64,000 nucleotides of DNA from Flectonema sp. DT1601 (lineage: Eukaryota). The position numbers and the translations under genes are program-made. Below the pieces are notes generated by a model. It was not told the origin of the DNA, made no database searches, and worked only from the letters and a program-made list of their open reading frames with translations. The stretch's first letter is position 1, and each line of letters starts with the position of its first letter. Positions 49,213-61,120 of the stretch are shown piece after piece. The DNA lies in contig OZ025785.1 in assembly GCA_964019425.1 (NCBI GenBank), positions 868,001-932,000 of the forward strand, read 5' to 3'.

Positions 49213-49653
49213 TGTTGTCTACTTGTCTGCTGTTAGGTAAGGGACGATTAATGATTCCAATTTTCAAATTTCCGTGACGTTCACACAAATATAACAATCA
49301 GCAGGCAAAAGAATAAACAGAAGCGGGCTGTGTAAATTAAACGCTTTTTGGCAGAAGAAACAGGAGTTTCTACGGGCGGCAAGTGGCAAACAAGACGATG
49401 TAGGTAAAACAGAAGTTCCCACGATAACATATAACTGGTTCGATATAGTTTTTTCATAAGTTGTGCATCGCACACTCGACTTGCTAAAATGGATTATAAA
49501 TAAAAAAACAAGAGCGAGAATAATTACTAAACTCACACCATGAAGAGTGTTTCCAACACACGAATTGGTATATCGCGTACAACACTCTCGCTAAGTAAAT
49601 TGAATAATCATAAAGACAGAAACCGACAAAGACAAAAAAAGTACACGATAACT

Positions 49654-51960
49654 CTAATTTACAGCATCTCGAGAAGATCGCAGCCTAGCTGCTTGTGTGT
49701 TGAGAGACGGTAGGAATGCTGACGTCTTTTCACGATGTGGTTGTCGAATGGGAGCCGAAATATAATTATCAGGTGGTGTTGGAGGAGATCCAACATGAGT
49801 CCTCAGAATTCGAGTAATAATATTTGAAGAAGGTAATTCCTTACTGGAAACACGACTACTGTTATTCTTTGATGATTTCTTAGGGGGTCGAGGAACTACT
49901 GTCCCACGAGATTTTGGTTTTTTACCACCTTCACGACAACTCTTCTTTAACACTGGAGGTAATATTCCCTGCGGCTGATAATACGTCCATTCTGGGTCAA
50001 CTATCATTTCTTGAGTTGCAACAGGATCTGTAAATCGATATAAAACTGGACCACTTATTTCTGGAATCGGAGACGCGGCCTTTTCAGAAACTGTACGTTT
50101 GGAAGTTGGTAAGGGTCCTGTCCACGTTGATTTAGTGATCATGTCTGCAACAAACTTTCCAGTTGAAAGTTTATCTCGTAAGACGTTCTTTAATGAGTCT
50201 GAGCAATTCTTATAAATCTCATTACACCAAATGAGGGAATCTTGAAGTGATTGGATTCTATTTCCAGAGGCATTTGATTTCATCGCCAGATGAAGGAGCG
50301 CTTCTCGAAAGTTTTGAAGTACTTCAGGAACCTCTTGAATAACAACTCCACCCAACACATCACCTTCCGTGTCCATAAGTTTTATTTCACTCGGCGAAGG
50401 TGGAGGTTGTTCACTGCCGTTGTCACTCTCATCAACGTCAATGATAGATTCATTGTTATAATTACTCCAATCCGCTTTAGAATGTTCCACTGCAGACAGA
50501 GTTGCGATATCACTGGTAGGAATCACGATTGTTGAGTCATAGATGTCTGATTGAGATGTATTATTTTTTCCATTTGAAAATGATTTATTATTTTTACGAA
50601 AACCAGCTGCTGAAATCAATTTGTTCGCAGTACTACCAGATAGCATTACTGATACTTTCTTTTGAAGCGGTGTAGGTATCGTTAACTCATCAAGTAATTC
50701 AGGGACTGCTATTGAAACATTGGAGTCTTCCTTTTCCTTTTCAACTTCGCAGTGCGGTTCAATTGCAACAGCTATAGTTGGTATGACAGTCTCTGTCACG
50801 ACAACGGGCTGTTTCAGGTGATGAATACAAAATTGAAGACAGCTTTGAATGCTCTGAATTGTTATCGTTTCTTCTTTTTCTGTTTTCCTTCTCAGTAGAT
50901 CATCGATAACAAAACAATAATCCCCCACAGACTGAAGTAATTGACTGTATCGCTCGTTGTATTCTGCGGTACTTCGCTTCATATATTCACCAGCTGCATT
51001 AGTGCCTGGTTTGTATATGTTTTTTTCAACCAGTTCGATTCTCGTAATGGGAGGTTTGCTAGAAAACATTCCGGGATCAGTGGACACCGACTTATCTATA
51101 AATAGTTTTGGCTCATCGAAGATTTCAGGAAGGTGTGGTTGTGTTGTTGTTGTTGCAGGGATGTGTTTAAACATCACACGTGGTTCTTCCTTGAGAAGTG
51201 ATGGTGAAAATGATTCAACTTGCTGAGGTATGCAGTTTTGTCTAATTTTTTTAATAATCTTCAAGAACTCTTCTCTAAACCAACGAGTTAACGGGATTAT
51301 CTCATGTTTCACAGCTGTGAGAGCATCTTTAGTGAATTCACATATCTGACGAGATAGTTTACTCAGTTCTAACATCTTAATTTGAAGGGTGAAATCAGTC
51401 GCTGAAGAAACGATAGGAAGATCATCCTCAGGTGTGGGGTTTCCGAGTTTTGCTTGCTCACGTTCCCAACGTGCCCAAGAAGGTTCAGATGAAGAAGTCA
51501 CGGTTGAGATTCTCCACGAGTGAATGTCTTCTAAACGAGTTGCGAGTTTATTTTGCTTTTCTTGAAGTTCCAACAAACGTTTGTGTGTCTCACCTGATAA
51601 ACGCCTCCCACCAGTTTTTGGATAGCCGTCGTCTTCGGTTTCCTTTCGTTGTAATTCCTCAAGTAGGAATTGAACTTTCAGTTCGGCTTCGACAACTTTT
51701 TCTCGTAATTTCTTTACAACAACTTCTTCCCTTCGCATGACAATAACCATCTGCTCTCCCTTCTTCTTTAGTAGCCCTTCCCATAGGAGAACACTTTGTT
51801 TGTGTTCTTCAACAAGTCTTGCTTGATTGCTCATTAACTGTTTAACGTCTGGAAGCTTTTCAGGTTCAGGTTTTACGGACGGTTCCCCTTCCAATGCACG
51901 AATTTCATCGCACCTCTTGCGAAGCGCTTCTTCGGCTTCACTGACGGCAGTGCTAGGCAT
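49654..51960 (-). CDS. Hypothetical coiled-coil protein, 768 aa
   Basis: Long uninterrupted ORF with E/K/L-rich helical segments and a Pro/Ser-rich tail. Confidence 0.8.
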   Translation of the reverse strand: MPSTAVSEAEEALRKRCDEIRALEGEPSVKPEPEKLPDVKQLMSNQARLVEEHKQSVLLWEGLLKKKGEQMVIVMRREEVVVKKLREKVVEAELKVQFLLEELQRKETEDDGYPKTGGRRLSGETHKRLLELQEKQNKLATRLEDIHSWRISTVTSSSEPSWARWEREQAKLGNPTPEDDLPIVSSATDFTLQIKMLELSKLSRQICEFTKDALTAVKHEIIPLTRWFREEFLKIIKKIRQNCIPQQVESFSPSLLKEEPRVMFKHIPATTTTQPHLPEIFDEPKLFIDKSVSTDPGMFSSKPPITRIELVEKNIYKPGTNAAGEYMKRSTAEYNERYSQLLQSVGDYCFVIDDLLRRKTEKEETITIQSIQSCLQFCIHHLKQPVVVTETVIPTIAVAIEPHCEVEKEKEDSNVSIAVPELLDELTIPTPLQKKVSVMLSGSTANKLISAAGFRKNNKSFSNGKNNTSQSDIYDSTIVIPTSDIATLSAVEHSKADWSNYNNESIIDVDESDNGSEQPPPSPSEIKLMDTEGDVLGGVVIQEVPEVLQNFREALLHLAMKSNASGNRIQSLQDSLIWCNEIYKNCSDSLKNVLRDKLSTGKFVADMITKSTWTGPLPTSKRTVSEKAASPIPEISGPVLYRFTDPVATQEMIVDPEWTYYQPQGILPPVLKKSCREGGKKPKSRGTVVPRPPKKSSKNNSSRVSSKELPSSNIITRILRTHVGSPPTPPDNYISAPIRQPHREKTSAFLPSLNTQAARLRSSRDAVN

Positions 51961-52582
51961 TCATTTATGTTGAATTAACACTGTCAGGCAAGATAATTAT
52001 AAATAATAAAAAAAAAATTTGTTTTTTTTTTTTTTTTAACGGTTCTGTCGTCACAAAAAAAGACAAAGAACGAAAAAAAAAAAATTTACATCTCTTTTAA
52101 CGGTTCAAAGAATCAAAGGGGGGGACCTATGCACATCTGTTTTTTTTTTTTACATTTTACGCTATGTCAAATGGACAAGAGGGGAGCATCTCGAGGAGAA
52201 ACAAAATTTAAAAAAAAAAAAGAAGAAGAAGAAGAAGAAGATGAAGAAGAAGATGAAGAAAGTAAGTAAACGCTAAATCAGAAAACACTCTCATATATGT
52301 TTACCTTTTCCATTAGTAAAGTAAGACTCCACGCAAGAAAATGTAAGCAAAACTAAGGTTCTTTTCCCTCATTAACATTGAGCATAGACACATTTTACTC
52401 AACGATGTCAAGATCCATCTTCCCCTTCAGCGAAAAGGGAAAAAAAATGATGAAGTTTCTTGCTGTTGGATGGGTTTTTTTTTTTTTTTTTTTTTATAAA
52501 CTTATTGTTTTAGTAGAAAGGGAATTGTGGCAGCGTAAATAACTGATGCGCACAAATAAAACAACAAAGTGAGTAAAAAAGT

Positions 52583-52618
<36 letters not shown>

Positions 52619-52797
52619 CCCCCCTTGCGGTTAGATTTTTCTCTCTGCCAGTTTTTTTTTTCCATTTTTTTTTTCTTCCCCCACACCCCCTCCCTCCGCT
52701 TACTTTTTGCATACTAAGGAAGTCCCCCTCTTCGATAATTCTTTTGAACTGCCTTGTCCGACACACAAAAAAAAAAAAAAAAAGAAATACTCTCATT

Positions 52798-54768
52798 CTA
52801 GTCAGTTTTTAAAGCTGAGTATATTTTGCAAGTGAAGTACCAGGATGAATAAAATCCAACAGTGCCACACATCAAGCTAAAAGCCAACGATAAAGTAAAA
52901 GTAACAACGTAAAAAATCCAAATTGCAAGTCCCGAAGTTAATTCTAAAACAGACACTTGATAATTAATGGAAAATAAGAAAGTGTAGATACCGACACCGC
53001 TAGGGATTAAAATAGAAGACCACCACCATCTCCAGTCCTCGTATACGAGCTGGTAGTATATACTAACGATGGTGACTTCTGCTGTAACGACCATTACTAA
53101 GACAGCAGTAGTGAAGAGAAACCCAAACAAATGAAGGACTCGCCCCTGCCACAACGCTCCGAATATCAATTTTAATTCAATCAAAGCCAGGGTAAAAATA
53201 ACAATGCTAGGTAGAAGAACTTGGGCAGGAGTTGTGAACAACCAAGAAACGTATTTTATTTCCCTCTGCTTGGTGTTATATTTTCTTTGATCGATCGCTT
53301 CTCTTTTGTACGAGAAGGCAGCACCAGCGATAACAAGAGGCAAACTAACACCCAACCACACAACTAATAAAAGTAAAACACTCTTAATACCCATGGAATT
53401 GGAGGCCCCAACTCTACTAAGAGCAATTTCTGTGATGACCCAGAGAATAAAAACAATAGATGGAAAACTGAGAGCTGCTAATACGACAGTCTTCCAGTTT
53501 CTAACCCCGAAAGCCATTTGGATTCTTCCGGTAACAAAACCATTCAAAAAAGCCATAAGACAGAATACGCTAACTACAAAACCGAATACTTTACCCCTTG
53601 CTCCAGGATAAAAAGTTCCAAGAACTGCTACTGCTGAGAGTGAAAACGCCACTCCCAATAATTGCGCTCCAGTTCCTACCAACAGAGCAAGAAAATTCGG
53701 GTTTGAAGGAGGTCGAAAAACATCACCGTGAACATATTTCCAACCAACTTCTTCCTGTCTTTCTTCTTCGTTGTCAGGGTTGTTGTACCTGTTTTAGAAT
53801 GTTTATAAATGAAACAGACTGCTGTTTAACTAGAGTAGAATACTAAAGTAATATGCATACCGATTAAAGTCTAAGTGAAGTGTGCGCATAACGATCATGG
53901 CTACCAAAAATGAAAAACAGATGACAACAATGATGCATGTTAAAAGAGATTGACGTTCGGTATCGTTGTCGGTATCGGCTGAGTCGTTAACGAGGTCATC
54001 GATATAGCGATTCCATCTGGATCCCCAAGTGGTTGAGTTGTCGTAAACCCATTCTACGTCGTAAGTGAATACAACAGTCTTTGAAACAGATGCCCAGCGA
54101 GTTGTTCTGACTACTTTACTTCCACACTCTTGACCATCAGAGGCAATAACCTTGAAATCCGTAACGAATACCTTTCCTCTATTCTCATTCACTTTTTTCA
54201 ACTTTTCCAACCGCTTCTCCTTGTGCACATTATAACTAATAACAAATTTAACATGAGTGTTTATTCTGTTACCATCATCGTCAGGACAACCTAATGGAAA
54301 CCCTCGAGCATGGTGATGATGACCGTAGCAGTCTAAAGAGTTCGGAGCTGCTTTATGCGCTGCTTGCATTCGGGATATCATCATATTAACTCGATACTGA
54401 GACCTTATAGCGTTATCAACTGCTACTAAAGTGTTCTTTTTTATGGTCATGTTTCCGGCAACGACGCATTGTTGATCTTGTAAGGTAGTTACCTTATAAA
54501 CAGAATTTTGTAGAATATCACCAGAGAAGATCATTCCCATGTTGCCTCCAGTCTCACGTTCAATCACATCTGGTTTTGGGAATAATCCTAACGAGTAGAA
54601 TCCAAGTGGAACGACAGCCTTTTGAGAGGTTAGTGAGTTTACCCAAATCTGTTCAGGGCTGTCTTTTTTTAACAAAATCTCATCATACTGTGGTACGTAA
54701 TATCCTTCACACGATTGACAGAGAAATGATGTCGCTGCTGCTGCAGCAACAGCGAGCTTTCGAAACAT
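52798..54768 (-). CDS. TM9SF: Transmembrane 9 superfamily (EMP70/nonaspanin) protein (exons 54768-53861, 53788-52798)
   Basis: Intron 53789-53860 (GTATGC...AAAACAG) restores RTLHLDFNRYNN...GWKYVHGDVFRPP; also EDWRWWW and C-terminal IYSALKTD. Confidence 0.93.
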
Positions 54769-55496
54769 GATTGTGACGTGACTGTAAATAATAAATAAAT
54801 AAATAAATAACCTAACAAAAAAAAACCCATCGTAAGACAACACAACCTTTTGTTCGGTCAGCCACAATAGTATTCGGGCGCACACAAACAAGAGTGTCGG
54901 TGTAAGCTATTTCTTCTTGCGAATTGATTCTCGCATTCGAGAATCAATTTAAGAAGTCGGGGATGCCAAACAGCCCGGCAACGTGAGACTTGACACATGC
55001 ATAATAAAGGGTACGAATACAACAATCAGAAAGAGAACTGATGTAGAAATTGTTAATCACAGAGATTGGTTTACTAAAATTAAGAGTTAGTTTTATTAAT
55101 TTTAGTATAGAAAAAAGTGACAATAAAAAATAGAGATAAGTAAAAGAATAGTATTCATTTCAGCAGTTTCCTAACATCAAAGGGTACTACTTTGTCCCCG
55201 TTGTAGGTCTTCATCAGTAAGTTCTAAGAGATTTCATTTTCAATTTAGTTAGTCAGTTTGGTTATATAACAAAACGTTGCCGTATATTATGAGTGCTCTA
55301 GGAAGGGTAACTCACAGTAACAGAGGACCCAATCCGTAGCCATATCCAAAGATTTAGCTGAATTAGTATCAATCTTCAGCTTTCTATCCTTGACTAGCTT
55401 ATTAAAACTAATAAAATAAAATAAAATATAACACAATTACACTTTTGGTATGGTAATTATATTTTAAACAAACTAAAGCTAGATTTGGCAAGCAGC

Positions 55497-55823
55497 CCTT
55501 TATTCTCAACAGTGTTTGAATTATGAAATAAAGGTATCCTTTCCGTATTTTAATTTTCCCCCGTCTCAAAAAAATGTAAAATCATACCCATGGACACTTC
55601 TGCTACCATGAGGAATGAGACTCAGGTGTTAAATTGGACCACAACTATATAAAATATAATGAACTGCCTTCGTCACAGTATGTAAGCTACTTACGTTAAC
55701 AGATGATAAACAGTTACAGTTTGAGAGGAAGTATGAGCCTATCGCTGATAGGCTTTTCAGAGAAGACAAGTCAACTGACTCCAACGCAGATTTAGACAGA
55801 AAATATGTGCCTATCGATCTCAC
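55497..55823 (-). repeat. Rearranged duplication of the 3' end of the adjacent LRR gene
   Basis: 55639-55823 matches 56078-56263, and 55497-55638 matches 55824-55960, with a few mismatches. Confidence 0.85.
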
Positions 55824-55891
55824 CTTTATTCTCAACAGTGTTTGAATTATGAAATAAAGGTATCCTTTCCGTGTTTTAACTTTCCCTCGTC

Positions 55892-58306
55892 TCAAAATGT
55901 AAAATCATACCCATGGACACTACTGCTACCATGGGGAATGAGACTCAGGTGTTTAATTGGCGTTGTGCCAATAATTTTAATTACAGTGTTCGAATAGGAA
56001 CACAATGAAATCCCGTCAATCGCTTTTCTTACTGGAGAAACACTCCCAAGTGAATCCATACCGTGAACCTCAAGGTTACCACAACTTTTTAAAATATAAT
56101 GAACTGCCTTCGTCACAGTATGTAAGCTACTTACGTTAACAGATGATAAACAGTTACAGTTTGAGAGGAAGTATGAGCCTATCGCTGATAGGCTTTTCAG
56201 AGAAGACAAGTCAACTGACTTCAACGCAGATTTAGACAGAAAATATGTGCCTATCGATCTCACGTTTGAGAAGGAAGAAAGGTCAACAGATTCCAGAGAA
56301 CAATTAGAACTTAAAAAGTTATTTCCAATAGTAACAATGTTGGATTTCGAAGGGAAAATTACTGATGTGAGTGAATCACATTTACACAAAAAGTTATCAA
56401 TTTCAGTGACATTCGTAAATGCGGAAACATTAATAGTTTCCAAACAACTACATCCATATAAAAAATAGCTTCCAATACGAACCACACTTATAAAAGAAGA
56501 CAAGTCAATGTCATCAAGCTGCTCGCATTCATTCAAAAACTCCTCACCAATTTCTTCGACAGATGGGCAGTCTAGGGAGATGGACTTTAAAGAATTACAC
56601 TCACTTAGGAATCGTGATCCAATGCTTTCCAAATTAGGTGTGTATCCAAGATTGAAATCTTCAAGAGCAGTACACTTTTCTAAAAACCCATCAGAGATCG
56701 ATTCGACTTTTTCAAAGTCACTCAAAACAGAATTCAGTCCCTTGCAGCCTTCTAGAAATCCTCCTTGAATTTCAGTGACGTTGATAAAAACTTGTAAGTC
56801 GATTGATTCTAAGGCTTCACAGCTATTTAAGAAACCAGAACCAACTTCTGTTACATTATCAAAGGAGCTTAAATCAATAGATTGCAGTGACACGCATCCC
56901 ATTAAGAATGAATCACCGATATACTCCACATCATCCATTAGGTTCACTTCTGTTAAGGATTCACACATTGATAGGAACCGGTCACTTATGTTTACAACGT
57001 TTTCAAAAAATGACAGATCGATCGATTCTAAAGAGCAACATCTTTCTAAGAATGATGAACCAATCCCGACCACATCCTCAAATCCTGAAAGATCAATTGA
57101 TTCTAGTGAGTTACAGTCTTCTAAGAAATCACTTCCTATATTGACAACATTCTTCATATCACACATTCCATTAATAGATTCTAACGACGAGCATTCACTC
57201 ATAAAGCAGTCCCCAATTTCATCAAGACGGTACAATGCTGATATATCAATGGTTGTTAAAGAACTACACTGACGTAAGAAACAATTGTTTATTTCACTAA
57301 CTTTATGTAAATTGGAAAGGTCAATGTCTTGTAAACTACTACAACCTCCCAAAAACCAGAAACCTATGTCTTCTATGTTTTGCAAGCCACACATACCAGA
57401 TATCTCAGTCAAGGAAGAACAACCCTTAAGAAAAGAATCAGGTATGGATTTTATGTTCTCAAAGGCAGAGAGGTTAACATTAAGTAACGATTCGCTACCT
57501 TCCAAGAAGAACTTTCCAATATCCTCCAGTTGTGTAAAAACTGTGAGATCAATCTCTCTCAGTGAACGACAATGATATAAAAAGCAATCCTCGATAGTAG
57601 AAACTTTTTGTAAAGAAGACACTCCAGAAATGGATTCCAAGTTGTTGCAGTCACTTAAGAAACTGGAACCAATACATAATACATTTTGAAAGGCAGTCAC
57701 GTCTATCGACACAAGAGATTTGCATCCCATAAGAAATCCACCAGCGATAGATTCTAAGTTCAGTAAGGATGAGAGATCAATTTCGGTAATGGAAGAATTC
57801 TTTAAGAAATTTAAACCTATCGAAGTGACGGAGCTGAGACCTGATAATTGAAGAGTCGTCAAGGTAGTCCCAGCTAAGAAAAATGGCGACGTCGATTTTA
57901 CAATAAAACTATTAATGAGAGAAACTTTTTTAATGCTTTCGGGTAACCAACTAGACCTGACGTCGATACAGCCATCATTAGTGAAGGTTGGCGTGTCAAG
58001 AAGGAGATATTCATCGTTACTGCGATTGTATAAGTCGGTCATTACTGTTCTTTTAATCGGATCTGTGAGCCAGTTAATTCCAAAGATTTTTATTACAAAA
58101 GCGAATAATTGAGAATCGGGATCCACCAATGATAATAACAATTCATGTGCAGGAAGTATGCTGCCACAGTATTCAAGTTCGAAAGCGGCATCCGTATTCC
58201 ACTCATCAGCTGCGGCTTTTGTTGCATCACCGGCTGTCGAATCGATCTCCGCATTGAACACTATCTCAGGAAATCCAGCATCCGGACATGAAATGTAAAC
58301 TTGCAT
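55892..58306 (-). CDS. Ubiquitin-like domain + long BspA-like LRR protein, 804 aa
   Basis: N-terminus paralogous to 43478..44461 (AADEWN/SANEWN, LEYCGSILP/LSYEGNILP, LDTPTF/LDSTTF); about 25 IGxxFLxxCxxLxxIDLS repeats. Confidence 0.88.
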   Translation of the reverse strand: MQVYISCPDAGFPEIVFNAEIDSTAGDATKAAADEWNTDAAFELEYCGSILPAHELLLSLVDPDSQLFAFVIKIFGINWLTDPIKRTVMTDLYNRSNDEYLLLDTPTFTNDGCIDVRSSWLPESIKKVSLINSFIVKSTSPFFLAGTTLTTLQLSGLSSVTSIGLNFLKNSSITEIDLSSLLNLESIAGGFLMGCKSLVSIDVTAFQNVLCIGSSFLSDCNNLESISGVSSLQKVSTIEDCFLYHCRSLREIDLTVFTQLEDIGKFFLEGSESLLNVNLSAFENIKSIPDSFLKGCSSLTEISGMCGLQNIEDIGFWFLGGCSSLQDIDLSNLHKVSEINNCFLRQCSSLTTIDISALYRLDEIGDCFMSECSSLESINGMCDMKNVVNIGSDFLEDCNSLESIDLSGFEDVVGIGSSFLERCCSLESIDLSFFENVVNISDRFLSMCESLTEVNLMDDVEYIGDSFLMGCVSLQSIDLSSFDNVTEVGSGFLNSCEALESIDLQVFINVTEIQGGFLEGCKGLNSVLSDFEKVESISDGFLEKCTALEDFNLGYTPNLESIGSRFLSECNSLKSISLDCPSVEEIGEEFLNECEQLDDIDLSSFISVVRIGSYFLYGCSCLETINVSAFTNVTEIDNFLCKCDSLTSVIFPSKSNIVTIGNNFLSSNCSLESVDLSSFSNVRSIGTYFLSKSALKSVDLSSLKSLSAIGSYFLSNCNCLSSVNVSSLHTVTKAVHYILKSCGNLEVHGMDSLGSVSPVRKAIDGISLCSYSNTVIKIIGTTPIKHLSLIPHGSSSVHGYDFTF

Positions 58307-60100
58307 TTTTATATGTGTGGTAGGGGTGACTTGGATAAATAAATCAAGGTTATGGTAGGGGTGGGGGACTCACTGAGAATTGTCAATTCAAAAACGGCTA
58401 CATTATCAGACAAAAAACCGCACATAAGAATGCATGTCGAAATACCAACAAATACATAAAATAATAAAAAAAAATGAAAAAGGGGGGTAAAATGATAACT
58501 GCATTCTTAAGCTCAAAGGAACAACAATTTCAAAAAACTTTTTTTTTTTCGTCGCGGAAAAAAGAATTAACCCTAGCCTGACTTGGCTGTGGGTAATCGT
58601 GACAAAAAGGGGGGGGCGGGGAAAAAAAAAAAAAAACATTATTTCTTTATTACCTAGTTATCCTTTATTCCCACAGTGGAATAAACGCTAACAAAAACTA
58701 GTAACTTGACTGTGCCTGAGTACTTTGGATTGCATTGTATTTATCAAAATCAGATGCTAGGGTATTAAATGCACCACAATCACAGATAACACAATGCTAA
58801 GAGGACTCGGCAATATAAAAACGAGTAAACGCAAAGCTTTAATTCCACGCGCACTTACACTACAAGTTGATGGTGATCACCTTAACTAATAAACCAAAAA
58901 ATACCAACCTTGACACACATAGAGCTGCTCGATTTCTTGCTAAAATAGGTTTTAGGGTTAGAGGTTTCCTATTTATTATCAAAACCACGATTAAAAAAAG
59001 ATACACAAAAAGAATAGCTAGGAGGCGTATATACCACACACCAATTGGTTGATAGAGGATTGAAAGTATAAAAAAAAAAGTAAACAGAAATAAAAACAAA
59101 AAAAGTTCTGTGAACTTATAAATCGGACCACTTTTGTTAAAAAAAAAACAAAAAAAAAAAAAAAAAAAGGGGGAAGTGAGATTCAAATAATAGCCTAATA
59201 CTCAAAATATATAAAGCAGAGGCCCAAACTACAAAAATTACAACAAAAAAAAAAATTGATAACAAGTCAAGTTTCAAGTTGCACACTATTCAAAAAGTCA
59301 TGTGTGAGTTTTCTTTTTTAACTTGTAACGTTTTCAGATCAATCAAATCGTAAGACGCCTACTAAATAGCGACTACTCTAATTATATGACTGACCTGTCA
59401 GCAGTTGATGGGGTCGTTAAGTTTTAGTTTACACGACACTGCTTCAAACTGCATTATTAAAGTGGAAAAGTTAGCAACCTCATTATGTGTTCATTAAATC
59501 GATAGTTCGATTCGGTTCTCTGATCGAGTTCTCAACAGGTAGTCCAAAAGAAAAAAAGAAAAAGAAAAAAAAACAGAAACAGAAACGACAATCGCATTGA
59601 TAACATAATGAAAGAGGAGGTAGAACCCATCCCCTCTTAAAAAGTTTTTTTTTTTTTTTTTTTTAAATTAACACGGAAGTTCCAGTAGTTATCAGACTCG
59701 TCTGAGCTACACACATGCCAATGTAATCTGGAAGGCACGATGGTGAAAACCATCACAAGTTCTATAGAGAAGCTGCTGCTGACCGAAAGGTTTGGTGGTA
59801 ACCAACATCTTGATGATTTCAACCTTCTGGTGTACCGCCAGGTACTTCCCTGTTAGTTAATCAGCTACTCGTATTCAGGTGAGAGGGAGGAATCGTAAAA
59901 TGTGTTTAGCCAAAACAGCAGAACCAAATTGATACAAAAAGCAGACAAAATAATCGAAGAAAGAGAGAGATAGAGAGAGAGGTACATAGCACTCGTTAGA
60001 CTGCTGAACTAATTCTAATTCTCTCTCATAGGTCGGATACGAGTCTGTCTGAAGACAGGTTCACCGTAAGAGTTATATCTTTCAAGTCTTTTCAATGACC

Positions 60101-61120
60101 TCAAGCAGCTTCCATAAACGAAACAACTTCTCTGAATGTCTGTTGTTGAGTTCCAAGTAGACCCTCACCCCAGCATGGAGGGAATCCAAAGTAAGCATGT
60201 CGAGCACCACTCATTGTAATAAACTTACTATCAAATCCTCGGGATTTCAGTGCCCAGTGAAAGGTTGCTGATGAATAAATTAAAGGATCACGTGATCCAC
60301 AAATTAAAAGAGTTTTTGGATAACTTTTAATTCTATTCATCCAATCACAAACACTTACATATCCAGACATGTGAGAGGACTTATAATTATTGAGGCACAC
60401 GCTGTACAGAAAGGAACACATAAGAGACTCTAAAGGACAGACACCCTTCAGCTTACCAAACCAAGACTCTTGATCATGAATTCCATACACGCTAGTCACT
60501 GAAACTATAGCTGGTAAGGACTCTGTTTCATTAAATGAAGAAGAACGAGATACTGAGTGGTTTTTGTAAGTATATTTACACAAGTCTTTCATCATCAACG
60601 GGTTTTCTGTGAATGCTGCTACCAGACTTCCGATATTTCCTCCAGCAGAGTCTCCGTGAATGTGAACTCGTTTGACTCCATGCTCTTCTCTCGCATATTG
60701 TAATGCTCTAACCATGGAGATGATTGGAGCAGGGAACTTACCGTAAGGTGCTAATGGATACGACACTGCCAGTACTGTGTAACCTTTTCTTACAAACGGT
60801 GTCATAGAATGAATTAAAACGTGAGAATTTGCAACTGACCAACCCCCACCGTGGATGAAGAGCATGCATTCATTATTTTTAAACTTCTCTCCATTTGACG
60901 GTGACAGAATCCATCCATTCTCTCTCCACTCCCTTCCGTACTTTATCTCTTCTCTGGAGACTCCTTGTTGGACGAGGTTTCCGTCTTGTGCTGCTTTCTC
61001 TGTTCTCCACCACCATTCAACACCGTACCGAATTAGAGCACCATCCAGGAATATTCTTAAAACAGACATTACTATCATAGCAATGTAACATATGACTCGT
61101 GAGAGTAGAAATTTTATCAT
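60101..61120 (-). CDS. Alpha/beta hydrolase, hormone-sensitive lipase (GDXG) family
   Basis: HGGGW, YPLAP, GDSAGGN, GSRDPL, GARH. Confidence 0.9.
   Translation of the reverse strand: MIKFLLSRVICYIAMIVMSVLRIFLDGALIRYGVEWWWRTEKAAQDGNLVQQGVSREEIKYGREWRENGWILSPSNGEKFKNNECMLFIHGGGWSVANSHVLIHSMTPFVRKGYTVLAVSYPLAPYGKFPAPIISMVRALQYAREEHGVKRVHIHGDSAGGNIGSLVAAFTENPLMMKDLCKYTYKNHSVSRSSSFNETESLPAIVSVTSVYGIHDQESWFGKLKGVCPLESLMCSFLYSVCLNNYKSSHMSGYVSVCDWMNRIKSYPKTLLICGSRDPLIYSSATFHWALKSRGFDSKFITMSGARHAYFGFPPCWGEGLLGTQQQTFREVVSFMEAA

Noticed and set aside
52220..52261. GAA microsatellite (also GA at ~11817-11837, TTG at ~15049-15081, ATT at ~47650-47673)
   Set aside because: Ordinary simple repeats.
55155..55398. 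Two exon-like pieces on the minus strand (LVKDRKLKIDTNS..., NLLMKTYNGDKVVPFDV...)
   Set aside because: The apparent GT-AG junction creates a stop codon and there is no start; I could not build a gene model.
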